Shown piece after piece: positions 52,321 to 64,000 of a stretch of DNA of 64,000 bases. Positions within the stretch are counted from its first letter, which is position 1; each line of letters opens with the position of its first letter. The position numbers were made by a program, and so were the translations under genes. Source of the DNA: Eledone cirrhosa (lineage: Eukaryota); assembly GCA_964016885.1 (NCBI GenBank), contig OZ024742.1, positions 35,588,001-35,652,000 on the forward strand, in the 5' to 3' direction. The notes beneath the pieces were generated by a model, which saw only the letters and a program-made list of their open reading frames with translations, did no database searches and was not told the DNA's origin.

Positions 52321-53055
52321 TAAGGGCGGTGGATTGGCAGTATCGGTTGAGGGTCGGACACCATGTTAGGGCGGTGGATTGGCAGTATCGGTTGAGGGTC
52401 GGACACCATGTAAGGGCGGTGGATTGGCAGTATTGGTAGAGGGTCGGACACCATGTAAGGGCGGTGGATTGGCAGTATCGGTAGAGGGTCGGACACCATG
52501 TAAGGGCGGTGGATTGGCAGTATCGGTAGAGGGTCGGACACCATGTAAGGGCGGTGGATTGGCAGTATTGGTAGAGGGTCGGACACCATGTAAGGGCGGT
52601 GGATTGGCAGTATCGGTAGAGGGTCGGACACCATGTAAGGGCGGTGGATTGGCAGTATCGGTAGAGGGTCGGACACCATGTAAGGGCGGTGGATTGGCAG
52701 TATCGGTAGAGGGTCGGACACCATGTTAGGGCGGTGGATTGGCAGTATCGGTAGAGGGTCGGACACCATGTTAGGGAGGTGATTGGCAGTATCGGTAGAG
52801 GGTCGGACTCCATGTTAGGGCGGTGATTGGCAGTATCGGTAGAGGGTCGGACTCCATGTTAGGGCGGTGATTGGCAGTATCGGTAGAGGGTCGGACGCCA
52901 TGCTTTGACGCATAGAGTTACGGCCCTTGCCATTCTGAGTTCAAATCCCACCGAGGTTAACTTTGCCTTTCATCCTTACGGGGTCGATAAAATAAAGTAC
53001 CAGTAATACACTGGGATAATTGCTGGCCTTGTGCCAAAAGTAGAAACAATTATTA
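52321..53055 (+). repeat. Twelve tandem 44-45-bp SINE heads followed by one complete SINE
   Basis: taagggcggtggattggcagtatcggtagagggtcggacaccatg repeats; full SINE at 52859-53055. Confidence 0.93.
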
Positions 53056-53259
53056 CTGTTGTTTACTATACCACACCGCCACTCTAATTTGCAACAGTTC
53101 AAACAGCCCAAGGTAAGCTTCGTTTATTCTTTCTTTCTTTATTTCTTTCTTTCTTTCTTTATTTATTTATTTATTTAATTAGAGTCTAATTATTAGACCA
53201 ATGACGCTTCAACACTGTTTTGATGATGAGGTGATGCAGATGGACTGACTAACTGTCTA

Positions 53260-53625
53260 GTTGGCTGGTTGGCTGGTTGGCTGGTTGGCTGGTTGGCTGG
53301 TTGGCTGGTTGGCTGGCTGGTTGGTTGGCTGGCTGGTTGGTTGACTGGTTGGTTGACTGGCTGGTTGGTTGGTTGGTTGGCTGGTTGGCTGGCTGGCTGG
53401 TTGGTTGGTTGGTTGGCTGGCTGGTTGGTTGGTTGGTTGGTTGGTTGGTTGGTTGGTTGGTTGGCTGGTTGGTTGGCTGGCTGGCTGGCTGGTTTGTTGG
53501 TTGGCTGGCTGGTTGGTTGGTTGGCTGGTTGGTTGGTTGGTTGGCTGGTTGGTTGGTTGGTTGGCTGGTTGGTTGGTTGGTTGGCTGGCTGGTTGGTTGG
53601 TTGGTTGGTTGGTTGGTTGGTTGGT
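53260..53625. repeat. (GGTT/GGCT)n microsatellite
   Basis: Direct reading. Confidence 0.95.
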
Positions 53626-53650
53626 TTGTATGTATGCACGTATGTATTTA

Positions 53651-53693
<43 letters not shown>

Positions 53694-53867
53694 ATGTATG
53701 TATGTATGTATGTATGTATGTATGTATGTATCTATGAAAGTATATATGTATGTATGTACGTATAAACAACACCATACTTCGAGACAGGGTATATCAAAGA
53801 ACTGAAATAACGGAGCTAAACTTTGTTCCACCATTATGTTTTTTCGGATTTTTCAGTTCAAGTTCTA

Positions 53868-53928
53868 GCTGTCTGATGAGGATATAGCTGTTGAATAATG
53901 GTTATCACCAAAATATATATATACCAGC
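53868..53928 (+). ncRNA. Degenerate type I hammerhead
   Basis: gctgt CTGATGA ggatatagctgtt-gaat-aatggttatcacc AAAA tatatata TA ccagc; G12 is lost. Confidence 0.45.
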
Positions 53929-53976
53929 GAATACGAATAAACGAAGTTAATTTTAACCTGTTGACTTAAACTTCTT

Positions 53977-54293
<317 letters not shown>

Positions 54294-54997
54294 GCGTGCG
54301 TGTGTGTGTGTGTATATATATATATACTGTTAAGGTATCAACACGTATCTAATATGTATGATGATGGTGTTTCTCAATAAATAAGCTAAATTGACCTTGA
54401 CCTTGGTTCAGAGCATAGTAGGACTGAACTCGGAACAACGTAGTTGTTAAGTACACAGCCATGTTTGCGTTTATGAAGTTATGGGGGGGAAACACCCGAA
54501 ACAGCGGCAAATGCAATGCCATGCTCTAAGTCATAACCAACCTCTTATTTTATATAACAATACTTCTATTCTACACTTTACAAATGGCTTTTAGCAAGCA
54601 ACAACTCGGAATACACTAACAACTTATTTATCAGGAGCCATCAGTTTACGACACTATTTTGTATAAATTCGATTCACCATTCATACAAACTACTTCCGGT
54701 TAATTACAGGGCATCTTTAAGTTTTTATCGGTATTAACCATAAAATTATCATTAATAAAACCTGGGTATCTTAATCTATTCAATCCAACAATAGATTCAT
54801 TATATCTTTTTAACTATCTTACGGAATTGCTATTATATTGTTCTGCTTGTTTAACTGAAATAATTCTTTTAAAAACAAACAATCGTGGAAAAGTCATGTT
54901 ATCCATTAAAAAAAAGAACTCACACATACGCACATAAACTGTTCATTTTATTTTACTTTTATGATTTAGTTCATGGTGTCATTTTTATGACACCATG

Positions 54998-56902
54998 ATA
55001 GATATGTTTCTTTATTAGCCACAGGGGCACAAAAGAAGGGGACAAATACAAGGGGGGAAGTTTACATACAATAAAAACGTGTAAAATATTATCACAAATA
55101 CAATTTAAAAGTTAATCGATTTTCCCCAATAGGGAGAGGCATTTCATATGGGTAACACATACCCCCGAAAAAATGTGCAACCCTCATCTCCAGGAGTACG
55201 AAGAGTGAGTACCCCTTTCCTCTCTTCCTCTCTTTCCTCAACCTACAGGCTGATATAGAGAGAAGGCCCATTCACTCGGGCCATTCTCGCCACTTTCACC
55301 CACCTTTCATAAAACTTGCTGGGGTACAGCACCTCTCTCTCCATCCTGATTCTTCTTCCAAAGTGGTATTTGAAAAAAAGAATCAGTTGTTGGCCGGAGA
55401 GAAAGGTGTCTGACCTCAGCCCTTTCAACCTTGTCCACCATACAACCTCTTTCACAAAGGAAAACCGCCTCTCCTTCGTTTTTGAAGGAGGGTGGCGGTT
55501 TGATCATGACAATGGACTCGGTGGTCAACCGGATTGGTCCCACCCGCCACAATAGTCGTTCTACATAGCCCCACAGGTCGGTAACGCCCGGGCAGTGTAT
55601 GAATGCGTGCGCGACGGTTTCTTCGTCTCGCACGCACCTCGGACAGATCTTTTTCGAAGGGTCCCTGCCCGGGCGCCCATGTCTGTAGAGCTTGTCTCGA
55701 ACTGGTAGAGCTCCTCGGTAGCACTGCCAGGCCAGGGACCTTTGGAAGTTGTCCATCGGTCCCGGGCGGAAGGTCCTACTGAACAGGCTGGCCAGTTCGT
55801 CTTCCTCTACACCCAGAGTTTCACCGAGCGCGTCGTCGCACTTGCTGCGGATCAACCCTCTATAGAATGACGAAGCGGAGTCACCACTAATCGCCGGGTC
55901 CGCCTGCCAGGGGGCTGTGAGCGCCTGAGCACATTCGATGTGCCAGTCGCCCATTTTCCTCGGTATTTGCTTGACCCAGGACTGCAGCTCGGTCAGCGAG
56001 ACGAGTCGTGGGAAGGCTCGCCTCACGAATGGGGCCCACACTGGTTGTCCGGTGAGGAATACGTAGAAATGCCGCAGCCTGAGCGCGTGTTTGCACATCG
56101 TCAGTCACGGCATCCCCAGCTCTACGTTGGAAGGGCGTTGGCAGCAGATGGATCTTCTCACCAAAGGAGCCCGCCTCTTCCAAAGGAATTGGAAGAGCGC
56201 GCGCTCCATTTTGGTGAGCGTTTTGGCTGGACAGGGCACGACGGTCAAGCAGTAGTAGATGGAGGACGCTATAAAAGTGTTCGCCACCTCCGCTCGACCT
56301 TTCAAGGATAGTTTGCAATCGGCCCACTTCTGGGTGAGTGAAAACACCTTGGCCCTCAACTCGTTCCAGTTCATCTCCAGCTGGAGGTCCGGACCAAACC
56401 AGACCCCGAGCAGCTTTACCGGTCCTTCCGTCCAGCGTCCGACGACGCCATCGGAAGGCATCGGTCTGCCTTCTCCACGATCCGAGTTGCAAACCGATGG
56501 ACTTGTCCCGGTTCAGCTTCGCTCCTTTGAGCCTTTCGTATTCCTTCAGTAAGGTGCCGACCTCCTCGATTTACAAGGTGCTCGACACCATTACTGTCAC
56601 GTCATCGGCGTAGGCCGACGCCGCTTTCTGCAGTCCCGGTTCCAGAGGGATGCTCTGCAATAGTTCCAACTTCCGCAGTAGTGGCTCGACAGTAGTGGTA
56701 CGTACAGAAGGGAGGAGAGAGGGCATCCGTGTCGAATGGATCGCGTGATATGGAACGGCTCCGAGAGGTAGCCGTTCACCTTGACCCTTGAGCAGATGTT
56801 GCTGGTGTGCATTGCAGCAATCCAGCCCCTGAACACGGGTCCGAAGCCTGCCGCCTCGAGCACCGCATCCAGGTAACGATGGTCAACCCTATCGAAAGCC
56901 TT
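54998..56902 (-). mobile_element. 5'-truncated, frameshifted Tx1 copy in (GATA)n
   Basis: ORF pieces homologous to the ORF2 C-terminal half; junctions atagatatgtttctttatt and gccttagatagatagatag. Confidence 0.92.
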
Positions 56903-56981
56903 AGATAGATAGATAGAGAGGGAGAGGGGGAAGGGGGCTATTAAATAGATCGAAGGCCATATGTAGTTGTATTTGAGTTTG

Positions 56982-57078
56982 TTTTTATCCCTATGATAGA
57001 TATTTCGCTGGGGTCTACCGCTAGATAGTTTTCTTGCTACCTATTCCGATAATCTGAGCTCGTCAGATGGTATAAAAA
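56982..57078 (-). ncRNA. Degenerate type I hammerhead with long stem II
   Basis: ccat CTGACGA gct...taggtag/ctatcta...agc GAAA tatcta TC atagg. Confidence 0.55.
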
Positions 57079-57339
57079 ATCCTTTGAAACAATTTCACAC
57101 AATTTAAAATTTTTTAGATATCAAAGAAAACTTCCTCGAAAGAAAGAATACTGTAAACTTTGAATTTGTTTACAGTATTCTTTCTGCCTTTGTTAATATT
57201 ATAGCTCTTAAGAATTAGCTTTTAATGAACTCCCTTTTCTTTAAATCCTTCAACCAATGACCTACACCCATCCCAATCCCCACCCTCTCCTACCACCAGA
57301 TAAGGAAAGATATAAATACTACCATTTACTTGGACAGCC

Positions 57340-57390
57340 AGCTTCCTGATGATTTCTCGCGAATGAAACAGTTCTCGTCCTGTAGAAGCT
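57340..57390 (+). ncRNA. Type I hammerhead ribozyme
   Basis: agcttc CTGATGA t-ttc-tcgc-gaa-t GAAA cag-ttctcgtc-ctg TA gaagct; followed by a gtattgagtac tail and (TA)n. Confidence 0.75.
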
Positions 57391-57471
57391 CTTCTATATT
57401 AAAACTTTTATACTCTGCTATGTATTGAGTACCTTACTTACTGTGGTTACCTCCGATTCAACCCGGAATAA

Positions 57472-57517
<46 letters not shown>

Positions 57518-57764
57518 CTCCTAATAATATATAACCAGCAATTTCTCTGTCTGTCTGTCCGACAGTGGAAACACGCGTGCGAATGTTTTTTGCGCACGCG
57601 TAGAGAGAGAGTGAGAGTGAAAGAAAGAGACAGACTACAAGAGGGGGATAGCGGGAGGGAGAGAGGGGGGAATTGAGGAGTGCTACAGAAACATATATAC
57701 ATTTCTGTGTGTAATATATATATATATATACACACACAGAAATATATATACATTTCTGTGTGTG

Positions 57765-57817
<53 letters not shown>

Positions 57818-58119
57818 GAAATATATGGGCATTTCTCTGTTTATCTGTCTGTCTGTCTGTCTGTCTGTCCTTCCCTAAAACTCAAATGTAGGTGCTACAG
57901 AAATATTACCTTCCCCTTCCTTTCTCCACTTTGGTACTACCAAGAGAAACACTGTCGCTATAGAAACATTACCTTCCCCTCTCCACTGACTTTGGTCACT
58001 GAAGCCGAGGGAATCGCTGGTTGCTATAGAGACACCTTGCACAAGCCAGGAGTAACCAGTTCGAGGCGGTTCTGACTTGACACCATGCCAAGGACCATTT
58101 GAAGAAGGTTGCCATTGAA

Positions 58120-58635
58120 TCTACTTATAATATATAATGGGCATTTCTCTGTTTGTTTGTCTGTCTGTCCGTCTGTAAAAAATGCCAAGGTAACAAATAG
58201 ACGCGGTTTCAAATCTCTATGCTTTTCAAATTCATTACATTAATCTTTACTTATACGTTTCGCTTTACGAGTGTTTCGACTTACGAGTGTTGCGGCTTAC
58301 GAGTGTTTCGGCTTATCATTATAGATAAACGTTTCTAGTTCCATCGTTTTATCGTAAACGTTTATATATTTCCATCGTTATATCATAACGTTTATGTATC
58401 ATAACGTTTATATTTCCGTCACTAATCTCTTTTTCTCCTTTTTCGTTTTAACATATATATTTACTTCAAAGATTTCACCGTATAGATAACATATATATTT
58501 ATACATGCATAAAAGACACACCGAGAGACGGTGAACATGTGGTGCCGAAAACATTTGTCATCCAAATCTCAACAATATCAGTATATACACTAGATTTGCT
58601 AGCAGAAAACCGCCCACTGGGTGGTTTTCTGCTAG
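58120..58635 (+). mobile_element. Non-autonomous Helitron
   Basis: A|TC start tctacttataatatata, (GTCT)n, 3' hairpin ccgcccactgggtgg and CTAG|T. Confidence 0.7.
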
Positions 58636-59556
58636 TCTATATATATAAAACTGAGGATGTCTGTCTGTGTGTGTGTGAGTTTGAATGCCTAAAACTTGAG
58701 AACCACCCAACCGACTGTTTTCAAACTTTACACATGTAATACTTATGTTTCAGGGACTGTTCTGAGCAAAGAAAATTTCAAATTTTCAATGCCCTAGGGA
58801 CCACATCACGCGATTTAGTGATCTCTCTCTATAATTCTTAGTCTTTCTCTTTTTAGATAGATACATACATATAACGTCGTGCCCTTATAATATCTGTATA
58901 TATGTCTGACTGTCTGCATTACGTCACTTCCCTGAGGATGTCTGTCTGTGTGTGTGTGTCTGTGAGTTTGAATCCCTAAAAATCGAGAAGTACTAAACCG
59001 ACTTTTTTCAAACTTTACATGTGTATTACTTATATTTCAGGGAGTGTTATGCACATAAATTCAACTTTTTGATCCCCTAGGGTCCGCATTAGGTGAAAAA
59101 CTGCGTTTTTCAGGTTTTTAGAGGTTTTTTGAGTCGTTACGTCAGACTGATTTCCTTGAAATTGTAACTATGTATTAGTCAGTCTCTTCTTCATACCGTG
59201 AGAAAAGAAAATCCAACTTTTTATGGCTTAGGGCCCGCATTAGGCGAAAAATTTCATTTTTTCAGCTTTTTAGAGCTTTTTTGAGGCATTACATCTAGCC
59301 GATTTTCCCGAAATTTCAAGGCATATTATGCACATTAAAAAAAATTCCTTTTCTTGATCCCCTAGGGCCCGCATTAAGTGAAAACCTGCATTTTTCCTGC
59401 TTCATCGAGGAAAATCTTAAAGATTATCCAGCCATCAGAGTATTCGGTTTATTTTCTTTACATATTGTCGACGTATGCAGTTTTTCCACGAGTAGGTCTG
59501 TTGTCGCCCGCGTTTCAAAATACCTTATCCCGTGCAACACCGGGTACCACTGTTAG
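58636..59556 (+). mobile_element. Non-autonomous Helitron
   Basis: TC start tctatatatataaaa, internal tagggcccgcattag-type repeats, 3' hairpin cccgtgcaacaccggg and TTAG|T. Confidence 0.7.
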
Positions 59557-59561
59557 TATAT

Positions 59562-59676
59562 AATAAATGTAATCTGAGATTTTCGAATATTAATAATAAC
59601 ATTCGATTTATTTACAATAATGCAAACGAATCGAATGTTATTATTAATATTCGAAAAATTCAGATTACATTTATTG
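59562..59676. repeat. AT-rich palindrome with ~48-bp arms
   Basis: aataaatgtaatctga...cattcgatt / aatcgaatg...tcagattacatttatt. Confidence 0.85.
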
Positions 59677-59709
59677 TATTCACCCATGTAGAGCGAACAT
59701 TTTCTTTTT

Positions 59710-59749
<40 letters not shown>

Positions 59750-59754
<5 letters not shown>

Positions 59755-60873
59755 AATAATAGGCTGCCCGTTGCAAATGGTGGGGCATGTGAAAAAGTAG
59801 GTCCTTCATCAGTGACCCTCCAACCGTCCCAGGCATTTCATCGCTTTAAGGGCCATATGCCTCAGGTTGGTGCGAACAACGGCTAAAAAAAGTCGTTGGG
59901 ACACGTAAACAAAGGGGACGCCAGGGTAACAAACAAAAAAGTTTAAGCAACGGAAAGTGAGAAGAAATAGACAAGTCCCAGATCTCTATGAATATAAACT
60001 CGGTGAAATCGTGAACAAGAGACAAAAGACCATCAAACCTGGTTGAAATGTGAGCAAGGAAAGAATTTCGCCCAAGTTTGACGGGGGGGGGGGAGAGAGA
60101 AGAAGAAGAAGAAGAAGAAGATAAAGGGGTCTGGTCTACGAATTCGGTAAACATAAGTTTTGTGAAGTCGCAGACGAAAGAGAGAGAGAGAGAAAAAAAT
60201 TTCCATACCAGCTTGGTCAAGACCGCGCGAGAAAAGAATTACACACAGGTGAAACTTGAAGGAGGAGGAGGAGGAAAGAGGAGGAGGAGAGGTAGTGACA
60301 GAGAATGAGTGAGTGAAGGTTGAGGAGGAGGCTAACAGAGAGAGAGACTGCTAGAAAGGGTAAAAACGAACAGACGAGTGGCAGCAGAAGAAAAATTATG
60401 TGTAAATATGATAATAATAGGCTGCCCGTTGCAAATGGTGGGGCATGTGAAAAAGTAGGTCCTTCATCAGTGACCCTCCAACCGTCCCAGGCATTTCATC
60501 GCTTTAAGGGCCATATGCCTCAGGTTATAATAGCTATATTGGGAGTAGATCTCAGACATCCCAATATAGTTTTGCCTATTTGGGTGCGAAATCTATCGAT
60601 TGCTAGAAGGTAGCTAGTGCTTTTGTCTCCCCAAACCTAGCTGCCATACAAAATGTGATCGTTGAGGAAACCCTTATTATACAATGTCAAGTGTTTGTAT
60701 GTTGGGCTTTGGAATTTCTTTGTAATAACTTTAAGTAAATGGAGTGTTGCAGTCATTCTTTCACTGAGTGCTTTAGATGAGTTTCTACTTCAACTCAGAT
60801 TATAACCAAATATCAAGGATCTTTATGGATTTTTGCGGGATTAATAGTTGGTTCATTAAGTGTATTTTAACAC

Positions 60874-60904
<31 letters not shown>

Positions 60905-61032
60905 GTGTTCCCTTTATTTACATGTCCCAACGACTTTCTTTAGCCGTTGCTCGCACCAACCGGAGGTATATGGTCTTTAAAGCGAAGAAATACCGATGAT
61001 GGTTGGAAGATCACTGATGAAGGACCACTTTA
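59750..61032. repeat. Unclassified repeat: 118-bp direct repeats (59750-59868, 60408-60526) plus a diverged inverted copy (60907-61030)
   Basis: Direct sequence comparison. Confidence 0.8.
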
Positions 61033-61171
<139 letters not shown>

Positions 61172-61247
61172 AAAAGGTAAACAGAAATAACACAGCAAGA
61201 GACAGAGTACATTGAAGAAATATATTAGTTTAACGCTTGGAATAGCA

Positions 61248-61290
61248 GAGTCTTAACGTTTCGGACATTAGTTGTTCATCAGAAAATAGA
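61248..61290 (-). ncRNA. Degenerate minimal PLE-type hammerhead
   Basis: tttt CTGATGA acaactaatgtcc GAAA CG TT aaga; weak stem II. Confidence 0.45.
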
Positions 61291-61474
61291 GTTAGAAATA
61301 GAAGATAAATAGAAAGATATAGCGTGAGATCAAGGACAAATTAGAAAAAAAGGGAAAAAAAACACACGGTCAGCCATAATAAATACTTATGTGAGTATAT
61401 ATTTGTGTATATGTGTGAGTGCGTGAGTGTGTATGTGTGTCTGCGTGTATTTATATATATATATGTATATATAT

Positions 61475-61580
<106 letters not shown>

Positions 61581-61934
61581 AATAGAATGAAACGAAATTT
61601 CATTTCTCACTCTTAGTACGGCACTTACTCAAATGTAAGTATGTATGTATGTATACGTACATACATATATGTATACAGACGTACAGTAGTATGTATATAT
61701 ATACATACATACACACATATATATATATGCACGTATCGGTTTACCGAACATTTATTATAATGCTCGGTTTGTTTGTTTGTAAACAAACAAAGAGCCCGAA
61801 TTACGCCGTACAGTGTTTAGGCAACCACGTCACCTTTTTGTTCAACACTGACACAGGAACGATGTACTAGTTTCAAGCTTATTAGCTATCGTCAGCATCG
61901 TATACCTTCCTGCCAGATGGTTGAACGTCTGAAA

Positions 61935-62025
<91 letters not shown>

Positions 62026-62251
62026 TTCACACATATATATTCACACATATATATGAAATATTCGGCCCCTGACTTTATCCCTCATCACATCCGGCTAGGT
62101 CATTAGACGGATGATATTTTGTAGTGTTAACTGCACATTTCAAGCAAGATAAATCTAATCTGCACCCAGCTTCAAGAAACAGAAGATATGTGAGTTGCAG
62201 CGAAGTGGATATAATCCAAATAAACTCTACTCTCTATCTCTCTCTCTCTCT

Positions 62252-62330
<79 letters not shown>

Positions 62331-62331
62331 A

Positions 62332-62436
<105 letters not shown>

Positions 62437-62437
62437 G

Positions 62438-62518
<81 letters not shown>

Positions 62519-62544
62519 ATACTGAATAACATGGTCGGCTGTAC

Positions 62545-62614
<70 letters not shown>

Positions 62615-62673
62615 ACATACACATGCACAGATACACACGCTCACACACACGCACGTCTTCATCATTATTCCCA

Positions 62674-62715
<42 letters not shown>

Positions 62716-63479
62716 CCTCTCCCTCTTCTCTTTATTCACTTCTATTGACCCTTAATGAGCAAGAGGTAATGTTGCGTCCATTTTTTTATGAGAATAGTAA
62801 GTGTCTGTGTTAGACTCCAATTGTGTCCGAATATCATCTCCAATAAAGACCCTTATGTAAGTACATATGTGACAAGTGAACGACAGAGTTGCGGGCGTTC
62901 GTAAAGGAATAAAGACCCGGATGCGTTGGTCTCAATACATGTCTATATGAATATAAAAAATAATAAAGCTGATTCTGTGGCTCATTACTTAGATATATAA
63001 TGATGGTACAGAGCAGATGTGTATGTTTCTATAAAAATGTTTAGTGTGTCCCTTCACTTGCTCTAGTTCCCCTCTATTTCCCGTTCGTCTGTTGCCAATG
63101 AAACCCCTTGTGTAAATTTGGGGCCTCTGATAGCATCGCTTCCGTATGTATGTATGTATGCATGAATGTATGTATGTAAGAATTTATATATATATATATA
63201 TTACGCACACATACACACGTAAACGTATATATATATACATACATTAGATACATACATACATACTCATACATTCATGCATACATACATTCATACATACATC
63301 CATACATACATACGTACATACTCATACATACATACATGCATTCATTCATTCATTTATACATTCATGCATACATACATACATACACACACATACATTCCTA
63401 CATACATACATACATACATACATACATACGTACATACATACACTCATACACTCATACATTCATACATACCCATACATTC

Positions 63480-63510
<31 letters not shown>

Positions 63511-63767
63511 CATACATACATACATACATACATACATACATACATCTTACATATATATTCTATTTCTTTGTAGCACAACTTAGAACATATTTCGTTATCT
63601 CCAAATATAAAAATGGCCAACATGATACATTTATTCTAGGTCGAGTTGACAAGTTTTCTTGAAGATAAATCGTAGACGTAGGCTTCTCACATTAACAAGA
63701 CAACCCAAACAAACATTTTCTATATTCAATTACAGCCAAACATGTTTTTGTAGTTAAGTTCAAACGG

Positions 63768-63915
63768 GACGCATAGAGTTACGGCCCTTTCCATTCTGAG
63801 TTCAAACTCCACCGAGGTCAACTTTGCCTTTCATCCTTGTGGGGTCGATAAAATAAAGTACCAGTAATGTACTGGGTAATTGCTGGCCATGTGCCAAAAG
63901 TTGAAACAATTATTA
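63768..63915 (+). mobile_element. 5'-truncated SINE
   Basis: B box, core and tail. Confidence 0.85.
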
Positions 63916-64000
63916 TATATTTTGCCTTCGAAGTTCATCGACAATCTCAGACACTCTACTTCGAATCCCAATTGATCGTAAATCTGTAGCCGATTATATA

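Noticed and set aside
52321-52860. CRISPR array
   Set aside because: Contiguous units with no unique spacers and no cas genes; the unit is the SINE head
62050-62095. Additional minus-strand hammerhead (GTGATGA...GAAT)
   Set aside because: Two core mismatches and weak stems

Overview
Eukaryotic, gene-poor, AT- and microsatellite-rich window with no recognisable host exon. The SINE and LINE repertoire suggests an octopus or other coleoid cephalopod genome (inference only). It holds three near-intact non-LTR retrotransposons, all on the minus strand: an RTE with a PHD finger (2312-7894), an R4/Dong-clade element with a restriction-like endonuclease (22740-26474) and a two-ORF Tx1/L1-clade element (41088-46810). 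It also holds many truncated copies of these, a tRNA-derived Meta-domain-like SINE family, bipartite non-autonomous RTE derivatives, non-autonomous Helitrons and Penelope-like (PLE) remnants. Two patterns stand out. (1) Each retroelement family sits in its own microsatellite: Tx1 in (GATA)n, Dong in (CATA)n, RTE and PLE in (TA)n. (2) About a dozen type I hammerhead-ribozyme motifs (some complete, some variant, degenerate or half) lie in short, often palindromic, PLE-derived inserts, including U3-A8 and recurrent CAGAAGA core variants. All folds were read by eye, and coordinates may be off by a few bases.
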